Source: Phoronis australis
Taxonomy: Eukaryota > Animalia > Phoronida
Assembly: GCA_002633005.1 (NCBI GenBank)
Contig: NMRA01000010.1
Location: 1,171,252 to 1,235,251, forward strand
Length of the DNA stretch: 64,000 bases
Direction of reading: 5' to 3'
In this document: in pieces, positions 39,261-51,200 of the stretch
Numbering within the stretch: position 1 is the first letter of the stretch
Layout: each line of letters begins with the position of its first letter
The notes under the pieces: model-generated
What the model saw: only the letters and a program-made list of their open reading frames with translations
Told to the model about the DNA's origin: nothing
Database searches by the model: none
Program-made: the position numbers and the translations under genes

Positions 39261-42200
39261 TGGTTTTTGAAGCCTTTTATAAATTTACCTTATTCATGTA
39301 AATTGCATGGTTGTTGTAAATACCAAGTATGACACTTAGTTATGTACATAGTGTGTTTTGTGAAACTTACTTTAAATTTGGTTTGCCCTTTTGAAGGTGC
39401 AACTGTGCGTTTCCTTTTCCCTGGACGACCAGATTCTGTGCTCATACCTCTAATTTTCCTCAGGGTTGGTGGAACTGTAATGCAAACACAGGGATAGATT
39501 TGCCTAAAAATATGTGAAGCCCGAGTCAACAAATCTAGCCATTCTAAACAGCTGTCATTACATATCTGAACTCGCATTAGAATAATACAGTTCATGTGAA
39601 GCAGATTCAGATGTGATGCGGAACAGCACTTTTTAATAGGCCTCTTCTCCTGTTCAAACATACCGTTTGTGCCTTGCAAAAGTTTGGCAGAAGAGTGCAA
39701 TATCGTAGAATCTACTATGAAAATAAATTCCCACAAATTGTACAGAATCTACATCCAGTATTACCTAAGTATTCCGGAACATTCTTCATATGCGAGTGCA
39801 ACTTGACAACATGCAGAGCCTTGTCATGTCGAAGAACTTGCAGATCTCGCGGGTTGTCCTCAAAGTATGACTGAAAGGAGAACACGTAGTGATGGGTAAA
39901 TTGTGGAGTAACCGTAGCTGAAAAGGTGATGCAACTTGCTTCATGGAACCTACCAAGCCCGCTCTAACAATACTACACAAAGAGACAATCAAAATTTGTG
40001 CAAAATGCATGAACAAAGGGACGCAAACACGTTCAACAAGCAGTCACATTTTGGTCCCCATAGTATTCAAATATTGAAAAGACAACCATGTTCCACTGAC
40101 ATATCCTATCAAGTGACTATCAAGTCGCCTATTGGTGAAATGGCAAATTAATGTGCATCAGCTGTATAAACTAAATGGCATCGAGAAATGTTCAAAGCCA
40201 TAGAAATGCAGAGCTAAATTTCTAAGTGAGAGCCTCTGGACAAGTCCCTCTTTGCTTAAATTTCATAGAATGTTATGTAATCCCGATACCTCAGTTGTGA
40301 AATGTTATACTACGCATCTAAAAACCGGAACAGCGTTTGTATTGCTGACTAGTGTGCATAGCACCACAATGACTTTTTTATTTGTTGTACTTTGGGCTGA
40401 TGGCCATGCGTACAAATAAATAAAGGAAATGCATGCACCCCAGCTTATCCACCCTCCCCCCCGTTACCATCACTCTCCCCCAGTCCCCGTTTCACCTCCA
40501 CAGTTGCCACAAACTTCATGCCTGCCCTCTCTTGCTTTGTCTGAATATTACTCAAGTTTTGTACTAATCTGACCAGACACATGCCACTCTGTCTAATACT
40601 CCCACCCTGTCTAATACTCCCATGCAAGTAAGTGCTACAACTAGTGTCCCAAGAGTAACCTCACTCACGTCAACTAACAAAAGCAACAATGCTGCTTAAG
40701 CAACTCAATCAACACAGCGGAGATTTCAAGGTCATCATATACATTAGAACACAAGTCATGCAACAATGCACCAAAACCTTTCATATGATGTACCCCGACT
40801 TTGATTGATGTTTTGTATCAGGCTGATAAAAGTGATCACTAAACTAAAGATAATGATCATCATTCAGTGCATCATTCAGGGAAAGCGACTTTTGATCATT
40901 TATCATGATTGTAATATATCACAGTTGATGACAAGCCTTGCATGACAGGTTGTATTCTTATCATCCATAGATACCACATCATACCATTCAAATGAATTCA
41001 TAAAAATGGTCGATGTGAATTCTTATAAATTTTTTTTTGTTAAACTACGATCAACCAAAACTTTTGTTGTGTATGCAGACAGAATGACCCGGAATCGTTG
41101 GTGCAACTGAAATTAACCATTCGAGTAGCTAGAAAGACTCGCCATGACAGGAAAATGGTACTTTGCTGGATTTCTCTTGTAAAATGCAGAATTCACAACG
41201 TAGCTTCAACTTGCAAGGCAAATTTCACATAACTCACTTTCAATTTGTTAGAGTTCAAAATTTCGGACTTGATTTCCTTCAGCCGTGCCTCCCTGATAGC
41301 AGTCCTCGTCACTGCTTGCATGGCGTCCTGCAACACAGACACACACCAGTATAAAATGTCAAGAAATTTGATATCGCAGCTAAAACATTAACAGTATCTT
41401 ATGTGGAAATTGACTGGATATCAATCCACTTGTAAATGGCATGCTGGGTAAAGAACCTACACTGGTAAATTTGATCAATGTCTTTCAAGTGATTTGGTCG
41501 ATTGAGATGTGCACTCAAAGAGAAGGGACAATTTTTGAAAAATTAAAATGGCCACAATAATGTGTTGAGGCAACTGAATCAATTGATAAGCTCTCTAGAT
41601 ATCAAAATCTTACTGAAAAATAACCTAGCGGGATACTATGGTAGTCAAATCCGACCAAAACTCCACCAGTGCCAACAAATTCCTCTTTTCTACTCTAGTG
41701 CCAAGCTTCATAAAAACACAGTCAGAATCATTTTGACAACTGACCGACAAATATATTATAAAGTCAACAAAGATTCATAAAGAACCAAAGGTAGCCACTC
41801 CAAATAGGTAAGTAGCCAGTAAGTCTCTCCTAAAAACACTGAAAATGCCACAACCACAACCTGATGTAGGCAGATTGAAAAGTGGTAAGCTCCACCCCAA
41901 AGATGCCTTACACCCTTGTGGAAACTTAAATACATCCAGGGTTCATCGAGATAGCAAGCACGCAAACAATCGGATGGGAAGACAGAATACACACACATAT
42001 ACATATGTGGGTGTATATAGACTGCAATCAAGGCAAGCCAACTAGTGATCAACTATCCGGTCATTGTCAGTTGAGTGAGTGTATCAGTTAGAGCTAATAA
42101 CACAAGTCATCACAGATGTCAGAATGTTAAGCTTTCATCACACACACACCGAATAAACGGAAGAATTGACCAGAGGAGAGTTTGAAACATAATTTGACAG

Positions 42201-45200
42201 TCAGTTTCAACTTGAATACTGGATTTCACACAACTAATTTAAATGGATTACATTGCTTGACTTGACGAAGACTGTACTATGACTTGCATTTAAAGACAAG
42301 TTTTCATCAACCAGAAATTGCAAACGATAGCGAGTGCATTTTTACACAAGAATACAGCTTACATAATACTGTGATGCAAACCAGAATTTGCTGTTTTTAA
42401 AACACGCACTTAGAGAAAAATTAAATCATGACTCCAGAGACAACTCCACATATAATTTACTGCATACCACTTTCTGCTGGAAAACATTTAATGTCGGTAT
42501 AGAATATGACCATCTGTCAGCCGTACCTTTGCTCTGTACCTGAAGCCCTCTATCTCCTCCATTCTGAAGTTGTATGGAGTGAACAGGGTGCTACCTTCTG
42601 AAAAAACAAACACGTTTATGCATGACATATCATTTGAGCCAAACTGAATAAACTTGGTGTAAATCTGTTACCTTCTCAAATCAGTCACTCTCAAACTGGT
42701 ATGCCAATGCAATAAATATCATTATTTATAAGGGGAAATTTACTTGGGAAAATTTATTTGGGGAAAATTACAAAAAGGAAAAATTTACTAAGTGTTTACA
42801 AAATGGTTAGTCCTACCCAGTCAGTAATTAGGAATTGATGAATCAAATTTCAAGGAATACATACAAGAATAAGTAGCAGTCTTGAAGGCAATGAACATCT
42901 CATTAAAAATGGACGAAATATGAGAGTAAAAATTCTGGCAAGTTTATTTTTTATTAATTTTCTCAAAAAATCTTGCCACAATTTAAACTAAGGTAGACGT
43001 GTTTCACAGTCTTCCCTTTTTCGAAAATGACTATTCACATTCTGGCCCATAGAACCAGGCCAGTCACATCATTACTCTGGCAATTCAACTAAGAGGGTGC
43101 ATCAGCTAGAGCTAATAATTATAAGAAAAATTTACTAGGGGTCCACAAAATGGTTAGTCCTGCAAGGACCACCTACCCAGTCATTGATGAAGAATTAATA
43201 ATACAAGAATCAAATTTCAAGGGACATGTTCAAGAAAAAGTAACCACTGTGAAAGTAATGAAAATAATATTAAAAATGGACGAAACATGAGAGCAAAAAT
43301 TTCAGCAATTTCTTTGTTTCACATTGTTTATTTTCTATTGATTTTCTTAAAAAATTTTTGCTACAGCTTTAACAAAGTTAGACATGTTTCACAGTCTTCC
43401 CTTTTTTGAAAATGACTATTGACTAGTCACATTCTGGTCCAGAAAACCAGGCCTGTCATATACAACACTGACAAAGAATACATTTGAGAGGGTGCATCAG
43501 CTAGAGCTAATATTACATGCCATCACATGTTAGGTCAGCATAGTAGACTATCATCATGTGCACCAATATCCACAGGGAACCTAACTTTTCATGAATTCAA
43601 TATATGCAAGCCTGTACAAACAGTTAATTTTCCAAAATTTTCAAACCAATGTTAACAACAGATTCTATCACACAGAGCAACTGATTTCTGCAACACCAAC
43701 TTAAAAAGATACCAAACCGGGTTTTGGCAAATTAACAGATATTAAAAACGACTTTCCCATTATGTTCTCTGAAACAAAAAATGATTTGTAACCCTCGGCA
43801 TCCCTAAAAAAATTTGGAGGAAAATTTGAAAACTCATTTTAGAGTCTACTAAACGGGCAAGTGTGACCTGTGCTTTTACCGAATTAAACGGGAACTGTGG
43901 GAAAAGACCACCCACCAAGGAGCATAATATCCCATTTGTGAGATAAGGAGGATGAGTTTCTAGTTGATTTCTGTCTTCAACTTATAAGATTGACGCCAAT
44001 GATGCATTAGCGGGTGACTGAAAGAGTTGGGTGAAATTATCAAAACAGGGTTAGGTAATCTTTTTAAGTGTTTGTCACAGAACACAAGTTAGAGGGAAGA
44101 TCTACATAACCAGGTGTTCAACAACACAATAAGTACCAGTGTACCTGTTCCATCACTGAGTGCCTCTTCTACTTGTCGTAGTAATGAGGTTTCTTTTATA
44201 CTAACAAATGACAACGCAGTACCTTGGTTATCTCCTCTCGCAGTTCTACAAAGAAATGACTTCCATTAAAGATGGAACGTAACCTTATACACTCTCAAAA
44301 CCTAAAGTGAAATACATATCTAATGCCAAAGACAACAGTATAATTCTAGTGTTTTTTTTTTCTAAATTGCAGTGACGCAGCATTTTTTCGTTTTCTGTAT
44401 CGTCAATAAAGAGAAAGTCAACTGATGCCAGACGACATCCATCATTTTGCCCCCAACGTTACCTCATGCTGTATGACACATAGCAATCACTACCCCCAGC
44501 GACAATGCTGGCTGACATGTAGCGACCACTTCCCCAGTCACCTTATGCCAGTCAAAATGATTGAGGATTTTCTTTATTTTTCTAGACAAAGAGGCGCTTA
44601 GAAGCAAAATCAGTCGGGCGTAGACCAGAACAAATTACATTGTTTTCGACCTAATAAACTGAACTCAAGATAACAATCTAACCACAATTATTCGTAGGCA
44701 AACGGTTTGTTTAACCTGATCAGCTGAAGTGTATAATTTGAGAAAAATAGCTATGCTAGGGGAACAGCGCACATTTTTTCAGTTTACCTCATACTCATTA
44801 AACAAATATCAGTAGGACATGATTACAATTTTTTTCAATCAAAAATGTATTTTGGGGATTATTGTTTAATGGCGTACATTTTTTGCAATTATATTAGCTT
44901 TGATCAAAGCTCTAAAACAAAATGTCCCGATTTTGAGATTTTATTACAAATCAACAATTCTTACGCCATGTCTGCCAGGCATTCGCTGCAACCAAGGCCA
45001 GTTAATGTACCAGATAAATACGCTCAAAATACTCATCTATTGGCTGATTTAGCTCGTCAATAGAGCATTTGGCTGTGACTGGGAAGGCCCCAGGTTCGAA
45101 TCCTCATCAGAAAATACTTCTCTCATTGATAATGTTACTACAATAAACTATCTGGAGATTAAACCAAGCCGATTCATTTTTAGTTCACAATTACAATACC

Positions 45201-48200
45201 TCACCTGCCCACCCTGTGAATGTAAGAGTCTGCACTTGTCGGAAAGTCAAAGTTCAGAACGTTGGAGACATTCTGAAAGTCTATACCCCGTGACACACCA
45301 TATTCTTTGTCTTTCTTTTTTGACCTGCAGTAAACACAAATGGAATGAATTTAACAACTCAACATTTTCTTTCCTTACATCACACATACTTCCCACTCAC
45401 TTACAATTTCACTTTCCTAGAGCTCCAGAAGTTTCAATATATTATCCACGAACTACTTTCCCACAAAGAGTACAAGGCACAGTGCTTCAATCGACTGTTC
45501 CGAGTAAATGCTTACTTCAGATTTCACATAATGTCAAGTGCCAACATTCGGTTTGATGTCCACTCCCCATTATGGAGATCTAGTATATGCACATACGGTG
45601 TTACCGAGACGTCATATTATCATTCTATGACATTTCTGATGAGTTTTTATCCCATTTTCAATCCATGCCAGAAAAAAAAGTTGTTTTCCAGGTTTTCTGT
45701 GTTCCCAAAAGTGGGTGGGAGCCATAGTCTTATGACGAACCTCGCTGCACTTATATAGGAACACATTGTGCCTAGACCAAGACTTCAATATTATTGAAGT
45801 CTTGGTCTAGTTAAACTACATGCATCAGAGTCAGAAAAGAACCATCAAACTAGTAGTCAGTAATGGGTTTGCTCATCATTTGCACACACATCAACATATC
45901 CATGGTTATGCTACACTCCAAAGTGACACGAGTCGCCACAATATTGAACACAAATAAGCTGGAGACAAGCCACTGTTGTTACTGTTACACATCATATACA
46001 CCAAGACAATAGTAATCATAAAAAATACTATATCCCCATTACGACAGCTAATACTGTCAACAGCAAAACTGTATGGTGAAAAAGTTCTAATTGCAGAATG
46101 TCTTAAGTCACCTTGTTAACTTTCCTGTTAATTTCCCTTCATTGTGGATCAAGAGGAAAGGCCACTCTGATGGTGAATTGGGCGCCCAAACGTAATGACG
46201 CAGAAGTCCTGGTCATTTTATCTGATTACTTTTTGCGCTTATTGTACGTAGCACAGCAAAAAATGTAACGTCACAGTTAATAGAGCCCTGTGTGACACAA
46301 TGTTGGCGCTGTAACACATAAACTCTTCACAACTGATGAAGTATAAACATGGATTAAAAATTCATAATTGCACAGAACACAGTCAATTCAGAGATCTCAT
46401 CGACAGCACTGTTGTCATTCTCCAAATGCATTATGAGAGTGTCAACTCGTAAACGTTTGGTAACATCACAGGAAACTTGGCGACTTCCACACCACACGAC
46501 AGAAAACAACATCCTTTTCTAGATTTCATCACTCAAAGCACAGGTCCACAGCAACATACTTTTTGGTGGCAGCATGACTGAACACCCACTCTACTTAAAA
46601 AAAAAAAACTGAAAAAGAACCTCAAAATGCATCGAATGAATGCAAATCTTTTGCCCGATGTTAACGATTCTTGAGGCATGCACCATCCAATCAGGCTGGA
46701 CTAAAATCTCACTGCACAAAATGCCAGGCCTCTATTCTGAAGACCTCAGAAACTAGCGAAAACCTAAGATTGTATGAGATATCGCTACAAATTACAAGTG
46801 AAACACTTTTCTTGCCTCTATGAAATGCAGCCCATGTGTTGGTCTTAAATGTCAACAGATGTTTACATGCGGACAACCGCCCACAATGAATTTGAAAAAT
46901 GACCACCACTGCCACTAGTGGGGAAGTTTTTCTGTCAATGAAATCCCACAATTCCCTGCTCTAAATGGATGCCTCCATTCAGTGACAGTATTGACCTACT
47001 TCTTATGTTTGCCATCAGCTGACTGTTGCGGATTGGTGGAGATGACTTCGTCTGAGGCAATGATGTAGTCGTAGAGACCATCATTGAACTGATTTACAAT
47101 GTGGCACCTGAAACAGCAACATAAAGAGTTAAAAAAAACAACAACCAATATAAAGAGTAAATGTACAGGTACCAATAGAGTAAAGAATAAACACAAAGTT
47201 ATCAATATAAACATTTAACACACAGGTGAGCAGATATTTTTAGCGAGTATTTATTCACACTTTTATAAGAATAGGGATAAACAAACCACATTCAAAAAGT
47301 GGATGCTCATTTCGCTAAAATGAAACGGGCTTAAAAGTCACTGTCACTAATCAAATTCTGCATGCTATGTAATACAAAAGACCTTGTATTTCAAATTTTT
47401 CTCACCGAGAATTTATTGGCAGCTCTGAGTTGAGGACACATGCTGGGAGGCCAAACTGTTCTAGAAACAATTTCAACCTGAAAAAAAGAGCTTTTCAATT
47501 GACACAATAACAGTGAAGTTTTCAGTATTTAGAACTTGAATTGACTCCCACAAAATTCACCATAAAGCGCTGATAGGTGTGCATCAGAGGCCTGGACACT
47601 ATATTGAAATTAACATCAACCATTTGTCAGATATAACGCTCATCACTTGCACCACGTAAACTGAATCAGCCAACTGACAAGCGACAAGCTAAACACAGTT
47701 AGGCGAAAGGCACCTCTAGCCCAACAAACATGACTTTGGACATGCACTGTGCCTGTCCAAACCAGTAATGTTGCTCTATGTCATTGAAATTAGGTTGAGT
47801 CAAGAGTGGACGGGCACTCGACATAAGTCCACCTCTACTGACACGGCTGTACGTACTTGTAACATTTGTCCACTGTATTCACGAACACTATAGTCCTGCC
47901 TCTGACTAGGTTCAGCTTCAAAAGCGTGTAAATCAGCACAAACTTGTCCTCTTCTTCACATCTAGAACCAGCAAGCAGCATTATTTATTATCAATATATA
48001 CAATACATGTAGCTTAGGCAGGGCCGTACCTGTGAAGAGTCGCAGAGACATGGTCAAGCCAATAAACCAAAACAATTCAGCCCAATTGGGAGACTTTCAG
48101 CAGAACGTATCAAAATGCCACCATTGAACATTAGCTCAGATTATGTAACTAGCAAACATAGCGAGTTGTTATAAACTATAATTTGGCACAAGGGCAGAAT

Positions 48201-51200
48201 TTACATATCAAAGTGCATCAGAGGCCTGGACACTAATTAACCAATGACATCAAGGATATATCAGCCATAGGACTACTCATCATTTGCACTGGCTTAAGAA
48301 TCTCCCAAAGCGGACTGTAGATCAGGGTGGTTACTATCACCGACAAACTCACTCACTTGATGTGGTACTGAGTTAGCTGTGCCGACTCGGGCAGTTGCGA
48401 CTCTTCTAGTTTGAGTATGACAGGATTGTGCAGCACCAGTTTCTTCAAGGCCTTGACATCCTCGCTCAAGGTAGCTGACATCAGGAAGGCTTGATAAATT
48501 TTGGGAAAATTACTGGAATTACAAAATTGACAATAGAATAGTAACTTGTTCAGTCTCCTTGTTTGGCAGAGACCAAGGTCAAAGGCCATAGACCCAAAGT
48601 TAAAAATCAAAGGTCACATTTGATGGGTGCAACCAAATGGGACATCATGTCCTGACAGGAAGGAAGTGACAATAGCGTCACAAATCATTACATAATAGAT
48701 TTATTTGGACCGGTTGGAGAAAGACCTCGATCCAAGGTCATGCGCGTAACCAAATGTTGTCGGTAAACCGTAAGAGAAACAAGGTCGCATCAGAAGTCAC
48801 GTGACTGCTGACATCATCAGGTAGGTTAGGGCATGGCACCGGCCACCACCCGAATGTTCTAAAAATACGTTGAATACATTGTGTTTGCAGAGTTCAACTG
48901 ATCAAGTGTAGAAACAAAACAGGGATTATGCAGGGCTTGGAATGACCAATGGCGAAAAACGTGGAAATTTTTACGGCCCGAAACATGCACGCAGCCAGTC
49001 TTGAAAAAGTCGGTGTGGACCTTTTGCCCACAAAAATCGAGGGCTAAAAAAAAAAAACGGAACCACCTCCGGAAGCCTGCGTCTGCGTCTGTCAGCTCGT
49101 CCGCCACTCCCACCTCCTAACATTTTTGACTGCAGAGTCGTAGTATTTGTCACCGCGGTTTACAATCACACCAGACGCCATTGAGGAAATCCACCACGCT
49201 ATCCCAGATGCCCCGGCAATGTTGACAATTTACGTTCCTCCGAAACATTAAGAGCAACTTCCGCTTTTCGGGGTGAAAGTCGTCGGCAACGCAGCGGTAA
49301 GAAAGAAATTTACCGTGGAAATTTTATATCAAATCCGATTTTTTTACGCGGAAATATAATAAAATACGCGGACAGAACATTTGAAAAAAGCGGAAATCCG
49401 CGTTTCCGCGGAAAATTCCAAGCCCTGATTATGTTGCATACTGAATAAGAGCAAAAGGTTTCCTTATTTTGCATGCGTCATATGTCATCCTTGCGCAAGT
49501 TATTTCCCTTTGTTATATCATATCTCTCAACAACAGATGTCGCATATACCTAACCCATGGAAGGTAAGTAAGGAGATAGTGTAATCATCTAACTAAAAAC
49601 AGATGTCGCACACGTCATATTTCACCTCTAACAAAACTGTTATTTCTTTGACCCTTCTCTTATGCAAATTTTCCAAAGTTCATTTCGTGTACTTAGTATC
49701 CAGCCTTTTGTTGTTTTTGACCAACCACCTAAACTGCATATGTAAGACCTTTTTTACAAACCCGTTTTCATATTTATTATCATTTTCTTAACACTTCACT
49801 TTACAGACTTTTAAATTTTGTTTTGCATACTTGGTATCCAATCCTTCATTGTTCTTCATCAACCATCTACACTGCATAATCATAGGCGGATTTAGGGGGA
49901 GATGCCACAAAATAGAACAGCAAGAGTGTGAGGAAATAATTTTACTGAGTTTATTAATTAACCACGACAATTAACACGTGGATGAGGGGGGTTCAGACCC
50001 AATTGCAAGCGTCCGAATCTGACCACCAGTGCAATCTCTTTCCCGTTTTTTTGTTAGTCCGTTTATTTTTAGTAGAACGTCCACATCCCCAGAAATTCAG
50101 GCCCATTGTGTGCTTGCAATCATTGTTTGCACACTTGCCCGAGACTAAACATTGGCCCCCCTTTATGATATCCTAGATCCGCCACTGATAATCAGGACCC
50201 TTTTTAAATACTTGTTGATTATTTTCATTTTATTTTGTAGATGAACCATTCTTTGAAGTCATCTAAAGGTTTTTTAACAACACTACATCTGTGGTGAGAT
50301 AATTATTATAAACAATTCTGGTTCTTCCAATATTTTTATTCAACAATTTCTTTTTCGTAAGAAAACATTAACACACGTCAGGTACCAATATTTCAATTTC
50401 ACTACAATTTTGTAACCTCTGTAGCATAATACCGTAAGCTACAGCAACCATTTAGATATTGAATATATGAATGTATACGTACTGTGATTCCATTAATCAG
50501 GCAACAAATTCTATAACAGAGCGATTGATAGTTTTCAAATTAGCAATAAAGTACATGCTCCATCCTCGGTACCGATATAACAAATAAAACATATAACACT
50601 GTCCATAAACTGTTGACAAAATTTCCTGAAGTTGTCTGGTGTGAGTTGTCCATACATTTGTATTTCTATTGAGAAAGTCTCGCAAGTGGTCTGAAAACGG
50701 TGGCACACCGTACGAGTCAAGATTTTCTCCTTTTCCATCCTCTGTCAGAAAAATAGACACCCAGTGTGTTCCAGGTTTGTGGCTAGGATCCAAGTTGCAA
50801 CCGTAAGCAGTCGGATGTGAAACTCAGGCTTCACAACTCATTACTTGTAAGACAACCGCCAAAGACCTGTCCGACAAAGTCATTGCTTCCTAGAATTGTA
50901 CGTATGAGACGGAGGCAGTAACATAGAACAGATGGTGAATGCAACTGCCGAGGAACACTAAATTCAAATATCTGATTGTGCTGATCTGAGCACGGATCTG
51001 ATCAGCAATGTTCTAGTTTAGACATGATGATGGTGTAACACAGACTGATGAACTCTTTTCACTGTTTACTTACCCCATAGCTTTATCCAGCTGTGCTGCT
51101 TCACACTTTCCAGTGTTGCCACGCAACCATCTCTATCTGTGACCTGTCCACTCAGTAACTTTGACCGTTCCAGTACTTTATGTCCAGGACACTCACCATC

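Noticed and set aside
45042-45110. Functional tRNA gene
   Set aside because: A/B boxes are present but the cloverleaf stems are broken; kept only as a pseudogene/SINE head.
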